Assembly (NCBI GenBank): GCA_041658465.1
Contig: JBBAAC010000001.1
Location: forward strand, 1 to 58,228
DNA length: 58,228 nt
From: a bacterium
Lineage (GTDB): Bacteria > UBA10199 > 2-02-FULL-44-16 > JAAZCA01
Direction: 5' to 3'
Of the stretch, positions 17,240 through 25,788 are shown in pieces (positions within the stretch are counted from its first letter, which is position 1; the number at the start of each line of letters is the position of its first letter). The position numbers were made by a program, and so were the translations under genes. The notes beneath the pieces were generated by a model. It was not told where the DNA came from. It worked only from the letters and a program-made list of their open reading frames with translations, and did no database searches.

Positions 17240-18619
17240 CTACTGTAGTCCGGCCAGGTCGGTCACGAGTACCTGTCCTTTTGACTCAGGGCCTGCGTCC
17301 CCCTGGACCGAGACCGTGACCGCCGCAAAGTGTTTTCCATTTATCACTATCGACGGGCCGGCCATCCCCGGCAGCGGCGTGGCCAGCTCGCCCTTCCATC
17401 CGGACGGATCCATATTTTGGATGATAAGCTGACCGCTCTTTGCAGGATTATCGTACATGCCCGCGTCCGTGGCGAGCGCTAGTTTTCCAAATATGCCCAT
17501 CCCGTAAATGTAGTTATTCGCCTTGAGCTGGGTTGAAGGATATGAGCTTGCGCCGTCCTCCCACCTGATGCCCAGGAATCCCGCTGACGGCTTCTGCACA
17601 CCGATGAGGAAGGATGCGCCGTCCTCGGTCCTTGCCAGCACCGGCGCGGTCTGCGTAGTTCTCTTGCCGAGGGATATCGAATTGCTGCTGCCGGAATTGA
17701 TCTCGAATATGTCGAGTTTGGCATCATCGGCGGGATTGTTCGCGTAGCTGTTGGAGGAGAGCGCCGCAAATCGCTGGATCGTTCCGCCATCTACGGAGAC
17801 AGGATCCTTGTCGATGAGCGCCATGCCGGTGGGATTTACGCCGGAGGTCATAAGCGCGTATGTCATGGCAACGCTCACCGTGCCGTCAAAATTGTACGGC
17901 GTGCAGATGACGCTGCCCGGCTTGAACGTGGTCTTGGATGGATCGTTCGGATCGATCTGATCGAGGTTCGATGTCGCAACACAGAGCTGCCCGCCCACGA
18001 GCACCGCGCCTGCCGGATTGTTGATCGTGGACTTGATCTGCGCGTAGAGCGGATCAAGAGGGCTTATTGCGGCGAAATCCACGCTGGCCGTGGACGTGTT
18101 GTTCTTGCCGTTGATGATCGTGAAACCGTTGGGAGCCGAGTGCGTCACCAGATAGTATTGATCGTTGAGCGCGATGTGATTGGAGGGATAGCCCTTTGCA
18201 TTGCCGACCTTTGTCCAGGCGCCGTTCTGATTGAGCGGCTGCGACCTGTGGAGCGCATTCGGCTGGCCGGCGTACGCACCGCACGCCATTAGCAACGTGT
18301 TGCTGACCTGCTCGTAGCTCAAACTCGCCGGGAAAGGGCACGGTGCATCAGAATAAAAATTCGCCTTGGGCGGCTTCGGCTTGTTAGGACCTGCTTCGGC
18401 GTCGCCGGCATCCGGCTTCGTAAAAACATCCGCATCGAGCAGCGCATCGGGATTCATCGCGTCATCCGGTTGCACATCAGAAGGCGAATCCGGCGCGACG
18501 ACTATGTCGCTCGAAGTGTCGATCCCCGCATCAGAAGAGTTGGCGCCGGCGGTAAACTCCTCACCGCCGCACGCGGCCAATACCAGGGAACTCAATACAC
18601 ACATCTCCGCTGCACGCAT
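17240..18619 (-). CDS. Lipoprotein with an acidic linker and the same conserved C-terminal domain (paralog B)
   Basis: AAGGAGG lies 5 nt before the ATG at 18619. The lipobox is LVLAAC. The C-terminal domain FYSDAPCPFPASLSYEQVSNTLLMACGA...GYPSNHIALNDQYY...DPLYAQIKSTINNP is collinear with paralog A. Confidence 0.7.
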   Translation of the reverse strand: MRAAEMCVLSSLVLAACGGEEFTAGANSSDAGIDTSSDIVVAPDSPSDVQPDDAMNPDALLDADVFTKPDAGDAEAGPNKPKPPKANFYSDAPCPFPASLSYEQVSNTLLMACGAYAGQPNALHRSQPLNQNGAWTKVGNAKGYPSNHIALNDQYYLVTHSAPNGFTIINGKNNTSTASVDFAAISPLDPLYAQIKSTINNPAGAVLVGGQLCVATSNLDQIDPNDPSKTTFKPGSVICTPYNFDGTVSVAMTYALMTSGVNPTGMALIDKDPVSVDGGTIQRFAALSSNSYANNPADDAKLDIFEINSGSSNSISLGKRTTQTAPVLARTEDGASFLIGVQKPSAGFLGIRWEDGASSYPSTQLKANNYIYGMGIFGKLALATDAGMYDNPAKSGQLIIQNMDPSGWKGELATPLPGMAGPSIVINGKHFAAVTVSVQGDAGPESKGQVLVTDLAGLQ

Positions 18620-18780
18620 CAAAGCCTCCTTACAAAGCCCCCGCAGTGCGCTCTATACCTCGCTTGCCGGACCAAAGCAACGGCCTTGTGTTGATATTCC
18701 TGATTTGCCGGGAGCAGCTCCTGCAAAAAGGAAGGAAGGCCAGCAATGCCAGTCAGGCCAGCAAAGTGTGAAGTGCGAGA

Positions 18781-18860
18781 TCTACCCCACCCTATCCCTC
18801 CCCTTACAAAGGGGAGGGTACGTACCCCTCCTTTGTAAGGAGGGGCGGGGGGAGGTAGAT
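18781..18860. repeat. REP-like double hairpin
   Basis: tctaccccaccctatccctccccttacaaaggggaggg plus the inverted partner cccctcctttgtaaggaggggcggggggaggtagat. Confidence 0.85.
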
Positions 18861-18873
18861 TCCGCCCTTACCA

Positions 18874-18918
18874 CCTTTCTTGCCTTTCTTGCCTTTCTTG
18901 CCTTTCTTGCCTTTCTCG
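18874..18918. repeat. Tandem 9-nt repeat (cctttcttg, four perfect units plus one degenerate unit) 24 nt upstream of ychF
   Basis: Direct reading gives cctttcttg cctttcttg cctttcttg cctttcttg cctttctcg. Confidence 0.9.
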
Positions 18919-18941
18919 CCCGTCTTTGGCACCATGCGCCC

Positions 18942-20036
18942 ATGAGCCTAAACTGCGGAATAGTCGGACTGCCGAACGTCGGCAAATCCACGCTTTTCAA
19001 CGCCATGACGGCTGCGCACGTACCTGCCGAGAAATATCCCTTCTGCACCAAGGACCAGAACACGGGCATGGTGGCTGTTCCAGACCCCAGGCTCGTAAAC
19101 ATCTCCGCCATCTTCAAGCCGGAACGGGTGGTCCCTACGCAGGTGGAGTTCGTGGACATAGCGGGCCTCGTGGAAGGCGCCCACAAGGGCGAGGGCCTGG
19201 GCAACCGGTTCCTCGGACACATCCGCGAGGTGGATGCGATCGCGCACGTAGTGCGCTGCTTCGACGCGCCGGACGTCGCCCACGCCTATCCTGATATCGA
19301 TCCTGTGCACGACATCGAGGTGGTCAATACGGAGCTGGCGCTCGCGGACCTCGACCTGATCCAGAAACGCCACGAGAAGACGGCTCACGCCGCGAAGACA
19401 GGGAACGCAGAGGCAAGGCATGAACTTCCCGTTTTGGAAAAGCTCAAGGCCGCGGTCGAACACGGCATGCACGCGCGCAAGGCCGGGCTCACGCCCGCGG
19501 AGTGGGGGCTCATGCCCACGATCGGGCTGGTGACCGACAAGCCCGTGCTCTACGTGCTCAACGTAAACGAGAGCGACGTGAAGACGCCGTCCGAGCGCGT
19601 GAAGCGGGCCCTCGCTTACGCGCAGAAGGAGGGAGCGCCGGGGGTAGAGATCTGCGGTTCCATCGAGGACGAACTCGCCGACCTCTCCGATGAAGAGAAG
19701 CGCGCTTTCCTGGATGATCTGGGTCTTGAGGAGCCCGGGCTTCCGCGCCTCATCCACGCGACGTACAAGCTCCTCGACCTGATCACGTTCTTCACAAAGG
19801 ACGGGCCGGAGGTGCGCGCGTGGACCATCAAGCGCGGCACCAAGGCCCCGCAGGCGGCCGGCAAGATCCACACTGATTTCGAGCGCGGGTTCGTGCGCGC
19901 GGAGGTCTACTCGTACGACGAGCTCGTAAAATCCGGATCGGAGCACAAGGTGAAAGAGGAAGGACACCTGCGCATCGAAGGGCACGACTACGTGATAAAG
20001 GACGGGGACATCGTGCATTTCAGGTTCAACGTGTGA
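18942..20036 (+). CDS. ychF: Ribosome-binding ATPase YchF (Obg-family GTPase fold)
   Basis: MSLNCGIVGLPNVGKSTLFNAMT contains the G1 motif. The C-terminal TGS-like end is IKDGDIVHFRFNV. The length of 364 aa is typical. The upstream part of the tracked ORF (18366-18941) is repeat DNA. Confidence 0.9.
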   Translation: MSLNCGIVGLPNVGKSTLFNAMTAAHVPAEKYPFCTKDQNTGMVAVPDPRLVNISAIFKPERVVPTQVEFVDIAGLVEGAHKGEGLGNRFLGHIREVDAIAHVVRCFDAPDVAHAYPDIDPVHDIEVVNTELALADLDLIQKRHEKTAHAAKTGNAEARHELPVLEKLKAAVEHGMHARKAGLTPAEWGLMPTIGLVTDKPVLYVLNVNESDVKTPSERVKRALAYAQKEGAPGVEICGSIEDELADLSDEEKRAFLDDLGLEEPGLPRLIHATYKLLDLITFFTKDGPEVRAWTIKRGTKAPQAAGKIHTDFERGFVRAEVYSYDELVKSGSEHKVKEEGHLRIEGHDYVIKDGDIVHFRFNV

Positions 20037-20052
20037 ACCAAAACCGAGATCG

Positions 20053-21591
20053 CTATTTAAAGACCGACGCACCGCCCGCAATGATCGCATGCACATGTTT
20101 CACGTAGGCCTTGGGGTCTTCAATGGGATCGAAGCCGATAGCAGGCATGGACTCCTGCGCACCTCGATCGATTGCCCACCTGAGCATCTCCGGCTCATAG
20201 GCGACTAGGGCTGCTGCAGGACTGAGCCGCGGTAAGCTCTCATACTCAAAATCCTTCAATTGAGCACCCGGCCCCCAAATATCCACGCCGAACAACGCGC
20301 GCTGGATATCTGACCACGTAAAATCTGTTCTTCGCTCGACTATGTACTGCGGCGGCGTGTAAACTCGGTCGTTTTGGCCAGGCGTCCAGATAATGCGTCT
20401 GATCGCCTCGAGGCCGCGTTGTCCGAATCGGGGAGGTTCTGTCCCGAACGTCACGCGCATTAAGGCCATGCCCAGATCGTGCGTGACTTCATGATCACGA
20501 TGCTCGGCCACAAATGCAGAATCATAACTCGCGTCCTCATGGGGCATAGCAGGATGTCCTGGTTTGGCTCTGGCGACGAGATTCCAGGCAAAGCCACTGT
20601 GTCGATCAACATCATAGACACGAAGGAACTCGGCTACCTGGTCTTGATTCCAGCCGAACTTCCCGGCTACCAATTGCGCAAGGTCTTCGACCTTCTCATC
20701 CCTATAGCTGCGATAGGGACATGGTCTCAGATTCTCCCAGTACTCCCTCCAGGCGTCCACCAGCGCACCGCCCAGGCTCGCATGTAACGGTCGCTCGTCT
20801 TTTCCATAGGCTTGCGTGAGTTCTCCGGGATACGAGATCAATGGCCGCTTTCCTATGACAGGGCCAAAGCGCTTTCGAATGTCCTCCCCAGTCCGGAGCA
20901 CATCCCATGACTTTTCAACGACCTGAGCTAAAAAGGCGCCCGCTGTTCCGTGTGCGTCAAACCAGTCAACATAATTCCAAGGTGGCGTGCCCTTGGCCCG
21001 CGCCTCATCGTAGATAAAGAGGGCCAGCTGACGTCCCAAGGCAAGCGGTGTATAGCTGTTAAAGCGGACCGGTTTCATGTAGCTCATATCGATTTCCCGC
21101 ACCCGACCGTCTTGATAGGGAGGAAATCGAAGGACTTTGTCGTTGTCCCGACTATTGAAATCGCAGCCTCGCCAACTCTGATCGATGATCGTGACCTTAT
21201 AGCCCAAATCCGCAAGCTGCCCTGCACGCTCATCTACAACCGCGTCGGCAGGAGAAGACGGCATATTTCTGCCGAACATAGGCGGATAGCCTGGATCAAG
21301 AAGGCTCATCGTCTTGATCATGACAACGTGGGGCGCAGGAGCTGCGACAAATCTCTCGTTCCTCTTTCGCACATCTTCCGGCGCCTCGGCAATCGCTGCG
21401 GAGACCTGCGAACGCGTCGACGTGACATCGTTATTTCCTTCGTTCATGACATATAAATCCTGAACGGTAGCATCCGCAGAAGAGATCTCACTCTCCGTCG
21501 CCACGCCCTCAGCGTTCATTATGCCGGCTGCCAGCACGCCGCTGCCTACGGCCCCGTTGTTTAGAACTCCTCCCTGGCCTGCGCTTGTCAT
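20053..21591 (-). CDS. Orphan 512-aa protein with one HExxH motif (HEVTH) and a low-complexity N-terminus
   Basis: AGGAGG lies upstream of the ATG at 21591. The motif context is AEHRDHEVTHDLGMAL. No other family was recognised. GC is visibly lower than in flanking genes. Confidence 0.55.
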   Translation of the reverse strand: MTSAGQGGVLNNGAVGSGVLAAGIMNAEGVATESEISSADATVQDLYVMNEGNNDVTSTRSQVSAAIAEAPEDVRKRNERFVAAPAPHVVMIKTMSLLDPGYPPMFGRNMPSSPADAVVDERAGQLADLGYKVTIIDQSWRGCDFNSRDNDKVLRFPPYQDGRVREIDMSYMKPVRFNSYTPLALGRQLALFIYDEARAKGTPPWNYVDWFDAHGTAGAFLAQVVEKSWDVLRTGEDIRKRFGPVIGKRPLISYPGELTQAYGKDERPLHASLGGALVDAWREYWENLRPCPYRSYRDEKVEDLAQLVAGKFGWNQDQVAEFLRVYDVDRHSGFAWNLVARAKPGHPAMPHEDASYDSAFVAEHRDHEVTHDLGMALMRVTFGTEPPRFGQRGLEAIRRIIWTPGQNDRVYTPPQYIVERRTDFTWSDIQRALFGVDIWGPGAQLKDFEYESLPRLSPAAALVAYEPEMLRWAIDRGAQESMPAIGFDPIEDPKAYVKHVHAIIAGGASVFK

Positions 21592-21760
21592 GGTGCCTCC
21601 TGTTCACAGATTTATTTTTGAATTCCAAACAAAAAGAGGCAAGGCCCTCTCCGGACCTAGCCCCCATGTCGCGGCTATACAAAATATACTCCTTTGCGGC
21701 AAGGAAAAATTACCCCCGTTTTCTACGTCGACCGACGACGCGTCTGTTCTGTATATTGTC

Positions 21761-23002
21761 TCAGGAGGGCTCGACCAGGCCCATGCCCGTATCGACGATC
21801 ATGGCTTTGTTCCGGCGGGGATCAAGGCCCTGTTTGCGTTTCGCATCGAAGCGCTGCATGTAGAGGGCCAGACCTGCGGCTGCAGATTTCTCAGCATCAA
21901 TGCCATGTGATGTCAGCAACGCATACGCCGCCTCAATGAGAGGATCGCTCACGCGGTACTTTCCGGTCTCGTTTCCTACAAATGCCAGCTTCACAAAGGA
22001 ATCTATGTCTTCGTCTGTAAAGATGCGGAAGGGTTTGCATCGTGCCGCCAGCTTGACCGCGCAACTCGGGTACGACTCCGGTTCTGCCCCGAAGACATGG
22101 GTTGAGATTACGCTCGTGACGCTTGCCGTGAGCCGCGGATCGCGCCGATGTTCCGATTCATTGCGCAGCGTCCGCTCTATCCAGTAGAGATAGTTTTCCA
22201 TGAGCCGCCCCGAACCAAAGGGCACGTATACCTCATCCGGCGCTTCGTTTAAGACCTCATGCACGTGCCAGTCGTAGAAGACCGCCTGCGGCTCGATCGT
22301 GCGCGTGGACGTGAGATCAATACCGTTCTCGTTGTTGCAGATTTTCTTGATGAGCTTTGGAGTCAACTTCCTTGATAAATTCGTCACATAGACATCTGCG
22401 CGAAGCCGCAGCAAAGCATCGAGTATGCCGGGGTTTATGGCCCTTCCCACGAGGATCTTCGGAGGCGGAAGATTATACATGGCAAACCGCACAGCCACGG
22501 CTGCGCCCTCGTTTCCTTCCGTAATGAGCGAAAGGCGGGGGATCGGCATGCGTTCCAGATCGTGTCGAGTGAGGATCCCGGCCCTGCGCTTTAAATATAA
22601 TGCCCGCGCGTAATCCCGACACAGCGTCGCCAGCTCCCACGCGGCCCTGTCCTTGATCGTGCCAGTTGGGTTGCTCAAGCGATCCGCTTCGTTTTTTATG
22701 TAGACTTCGCCATATCCATCCGCCGTGAGATCAAGCGGTATCACAGGTGTAGCCTTCCACTCCGGCGCGTGTGGATCGGCCTCCGCGTAGGCAGGGATGC
22801 CGTCGCCCCATTGATCCATGAGCTCTGGCGTCATGGATTCGGGATATGGGATCTCTTGCTTGATCTCTCGATCGATCGGGCCATCGTCCTCTGCTTGAGG
22901 TAACCCCGAAGCCGCCTGATAGCCGTCAATGCCGCAGGCAGAGAGACCTGCCAGGCCCCGCTGAAAGGCAACTGTAACCGTCATCGCCCACCCCTCCACC
23001 AT
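21761..23002 (-). CDS. Pyridoxal-phosphate-dependent enzyme, fold type II (Trp-synthase-beta / Cys-synthase / Thr-synthase superfamily); subfamily not resolved
   Basis: The PLP-lysine motif is NPTGTIKDRAAW. A glycine-rich loop equivalent is ITEGNEGAAVA, and PFGSGRLMEN is also present. An N-terminal extension of roughly 100 aa has no recognised similarity. Confidence 0.65.
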   Translation of the reverse strand: MVEGWAMTVTVAFQRGLAGLSACGIDGYQAASGLPQAEDDGPIDREIKQEIPYPESMTPELMDQWGDGIPAYAEADPHAPEWKATPVIPLDLTADGYGEVYIKNEADRLSNPTGTIKDRAAWELATLCRDYARALYLKRRAGILTRHDLERMPIPRLSLITEGNEGAAVAVRFAMYNLPPPKILVGRAINPGILDALLRLRADVYVTNLSRKLTPKLIKKICNNENGIDLTSTRTIEPQAVFYDWHVHEVLNEAPDEVYVPFGSGRLMENYLYWIERTLRNESEHRRDPRLTASVTSVISTHVFGAEPESYPSCAVKLAARCKPFRIFTDEDIDSFVKLAFVGNETGKYRVSDPLIEAAYALLTSHGIDAEKSAAAGLALYMQRFDAKRKQGLDPRRNKAMIVDTGMGLVEPS

Positions 23003-23047
23003 TAATTATCGGCCTGAAGGCCGGAAAGTTGCGCTATTTATGGCGGG

Positions 23048-23258
23048 CTGCGGAGTGGCACGCAGTAAGCGGGGTTCCGCCGTTTATCGATAGGCCGCGA
23101 ACAACGGCGCAGAATAAGCGGTGACCTGCGGCAGGCTTCGAGCAATGGGGACCGCGAAGGCTATAATTCCACCGTTAGCCGTATGAGCTGAGACCAACTC
23201 GGTGTCGGCTTGCGAGATGCCAGCCGCAGGTCGCCGCGTACTTCATGGCACGTAGCCA
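23048..23258. repeat. R-element, locus 2 (single unit, opposite orientation)
   Basis: gtggcacgcagtaagcggggttccgccgtttatcgataggcc...gcggtgacctgcggcaggcttcgagcaatggggaccgc...caccgttagcc...aactcggtgtcggcttgcgagatgccagccgcaggtcgccgcgtacttcatggcac is the reverse complement of the left unit at 47802-47995. Confidence 0.8.
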
Positions 23259-23340
23259 GGCGAATATTTGAATTCGGGCGTGACGCGCTGCATCAGTCGA
23301 TATCCTTGCTTTTCAAGCTGAAATCGGGTCTAAACGGCGC

Positions 23341-24897
23341 ATGCCGCCACTCTCCATACGCAAGATCGTCTTCATCGAACCAAAGGCACCCGGCAATCAT
23401 GTCTACTCAAAGTGGGGACTGCCCAGGCTCGGCACCCTCACGCTGGGCGCTATGCTCAAGCAGGCAGGTTATGAAGTAAAAATCTTCATCGAGGAGATCC
23501 GTGGCATCGACTGGGATGATGTCTTTGATGCGGATCTGGTCGGCATATCCTCGATCACCTCCACGGCGCCGCGCGCCTACGAGATGGCGAACATGGTGCG
23601 CAAGGCCGGCATCCCCGTATTCATGGGCGGACCGCACGTATCTTTCCTCGTCGAGGAGGCGCTCGCGCACTGCGACTACGTGCTCTGCGGTGAGGCCGAG
23701 GGATCGATCCTGCCGTTCATGGAGGCGATAAAGACCGGCGTAGGGCTCGAGTCGGTCTCCGGCCTCGCCTGGAAGTACGGCCACTCGATCCGCAAGAACG
23801 CGCTGGGCGAGCAGGTGATGGATCTGGACAGCCTGCCGTTTCCGGATTTCAGCCTCGTGGCAGGGAGCAAAAAGTTCAAGGGCGACCTCTCCGTGACTCC
23901 GATAATGACCTCGCGCGGCTGCCCGTTCGGTTGCAACTTCTGTTCGGTCACCGCGATGTTCGGCAGGCGCTACCGGTTCCGCTCGGTCGAGAATGTGATT
24001 GCGGAGCTCAAGCAGAGGAATCCATCCTGGGTCTTCTTCTATGACGACAACTTCGCAGCGCGGCCGGAGCACACGAAGGAGCTGCTGCGCAGGATGATCG
24101 ATGAGGGGATAAAGCCTAAGTGGAGCGCGCAGGTCCGCATCGACGCTGCAAACGACCCCGAGCTTCTGAGCCTTATGAAGAAGGCCGGCTGCGCCATCGT
24201 CTACATCGGCCTCGAGTCAATAAACCCCAAGACGCTGGCCGCGCTCAACAAGGGCCAGACGCCCGAGCAGATAGAAACCGCGATCCGCACCATCAACTCG
24301 TACGGGATCGGCATCCACGGGATGTTCATATTCGGAGCTGACCACGACGACCCGGCGACTATCAAGGCCACTGTGAAGTTCGCGAAGAAGAACGAACTCA
24401 CGTCGGTTCAGTTTATGATCCTAACGCCGCTGCCCGGCACTTACATATTCGAAAAGTTTGAGTCCGAGAACAGGCTCCTCTCGCGCGACTGGGGATACTA
24501 CGATGCACACCACGTGGTATTCGCCCCGAAGGGGATGAACGCCGTCCAGCTGCAGACCCTCACGATCAAGGCGATGCTCAAGTTCTACTCGCTCGGCAGC
24601 GTCCTGTCCGGGCTCAACCGCTTCGACATCTGGACGATGATGATACGCGCCTACGGCTGGAGGCTGACCAGAAAGACGCGCAGCAACCTGCGCGGCTTTG
24701 CCGAGCATTTGAAAGAGCTCTACCAGCATGCAGGAAACGGGCTCAATTCCGCAAGACAAGGCATCCAGCTCGGCGCACGAAAGACGACGGACGACCTCAA
24801 GGATATCATCCGCCGCGTCAACCTCGACCGCATCCGCGAGCTCAGGCAGGAGCGGCAGAGGCAATTGCCGGCCGAAAAAATAACCAAATCCCTGTAG
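23341..24897 (+). CDS. B12-binding-domain radical SAM protein (class B)
   Basis: The N-terminal Rossmann-like B12 domain is KIVFIEPKAPGNH...LGTLTLGAMLKQAGYEVKIFIEE. The radical SAM cluster is SRGCPFGCNFCSV. Confidence 0.8.
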   Translation: MPPLSIRKIVFIEPKAPGNHVYSKWGLPRLGTLTLGAMLKQAGYEVKIFIEEIRGIDWDDVFDADLVGISSITSTAPRAYEMANMVRKAGIPVFMGGPHVSFLVEEALAHCDYVLCGEAEGSILPFMEAIKTGVGLESVSGLAWKYGHSIRKNALGEQVMDLDSLPFPDFSLVAGSKKFKGDLSVTPIMTSRGCPFGCNFCSVTAMFGRRYRFRSVENVIAELKQRNPSWVFFYDDNFAARPEHTKELLRRMIDEGIKPKWSAQVRIDAANDPELLSLMKKAGCAIVYIGLESINPKTLAALNKGQTPEQIETAIRTINSYGIGIHGMFIFGADHDDPATIKATVKFAKKNELTSVQFMILTPLPGTYIFEKFESENRLLSRDWGYYDAHHVVFAPKGMNAVQLQTLTIKAMLKFYSLGSVLSGLNRFDIWTMMIRAYGWRLTRKTRSNLRGFAEHLKELYQHAGNGLNSARQGIQLGARKTTDDLKDIIRRVNLDRIRELRQERQRQLPAEKITKSL

Positions 24898-24916
24898 CTT
24901 CATGGCGTTAAAAAGT

Positions 24917-24948
24917 AAAAAGGCCCTCACGATCATGAGGGCCTTTTT
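24917..24948. terminator. Bidirectional rho-independent terminator
   Basis: aaaaa-ggccctca-cgatca-tgagggcc-ttttt, between convergent genes. Confidence 0.7.
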
Positions 24949-24994
24949 GTATACCTATTAAGATCTCAAGCCGACGCCGGCTTGAAGCCTTGGT

Positions 24995-25660
24995 TTACAA
25001 CCTCGCTACTGCCTTAAGCGCCAGATCCTTCTCCATCTTTATATGCGCATCATCGTCCGTGTTGCCTAAACCAAGGCCCACCGTGACATTCATCATTACG
25101 CCCTTCGCCTTGACCAGGGTCGTGACGCCCGCGCCCAGCTTCAGCCCGCTGCCGCCATAGACAGCATCGTCGCCGACGCCAGGGACTGCGACCGCGTTCT
25201 GGATCGCATCCTTTACACCCTTGTAGAGTTCGGCAACGCCGTAATTGCTCTGTTTGAGGTTGTCGACAAAGAGCGCGCCTTCATTGATTGATATCTGAAC
25301 GAACTTCATCTCCTTGCCGCTCGCGTCCTCATAATAGCAGATCTTCTGACCGAGGGGATTGCCGGACGGCGGCGTCGTCTCATGCTTGCTGATCTTTAAC
25401 GCGATGCCGAGCGCCGCCTCTGCCTCAGCCTGCGTGACGAGTGCGCACGGATCGTAATTTTTTGCCGCCACGGCCGCTGTCTCAGTGGTAGCTGTCTCGC
25501 TTCCCCCTTCAGTTGCCGCCGCTCCTGCCTCCCCGCCCGTCTCTGCGGATGTGACCACGCCCTCTTGCTCAGTCGTTGTCGTACCCGTCTTGCTGGTCTC
25601 ACAACCGACAAGCGCCAGGATGAAACAGACGCTCACTAACGCATAGGCAAATCTCTTCAT
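24995..25660 (-). CDS. Lipoprotein of unknown function
   Basis: The start at 25660 is preceded by GGGAGG. The signal and lipobox is MKRFAYALVSVCFILALVGC. A T/E/A-rich linker follows. Confidence 0.6.
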   Translation of the reverse strand: MKRFAYALVSVCFILALVGCETSKTGTTTTEQEGVVTSAETGGEAGAAATEGGSETATTETAAVAAKNYDPCALVTQAEAEAALGIALKISKHETTPPSGNPLGQKICYYEDASGKEMKFVQISINEGALFVDNLKQSNYGVAELYKGVKDAIQNAVAVPGVGDDAVYGGSGLKLGAGVTTLVKAKGVMMNVTVGLGLGNTDDDAHIKMEKDLALKAVARL

Positions 25661-25788
25661 AAAACCTCCCTTTGATTGTGTGCCCGGCATGTAGCAGAAG
25701 CCCGGACGCTGTTCAAGCCCAATAGCCTCCCTTATATATTGACAGGCCGGCGGCAGAGGGGCGATAAACGCCGGGTCCGGGGGCTTCC

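Noticed and set aside
18874-18918. Possible CRISPR array (also considered for 45494-45556 and the R-element loci).
   Set aside because: The repeats are 7-9 nt, directly abutting and without spacers. The R-elements are long inverted structures, not regularly spaced direct repeats. No cas genes are present in the window.
18366-18941. 192-codon N-terminal extension of the ychF ORF.
   Set aside because: It reads through the antisense of the lipoprotein gene, the REP hairpin (PLQRGG...PLLCKEG) and the 9-nt repeat (FLAFLAFLAFLA). YchF homology begins exactly at MSLNCGIVGLPNVGKS.
21592-21760. Search for a short RiPP-type precursor ORF near the HExxH, PLP and radical SAM genes.
   Set aside because: I saw no small ORF with a ribosome-binding site and plausible leader/core in the gaps at 21592-21760, 23003-23340 or 24898-24994. 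The gaps are explained by a promoter-like region, the R-element and a terminator.
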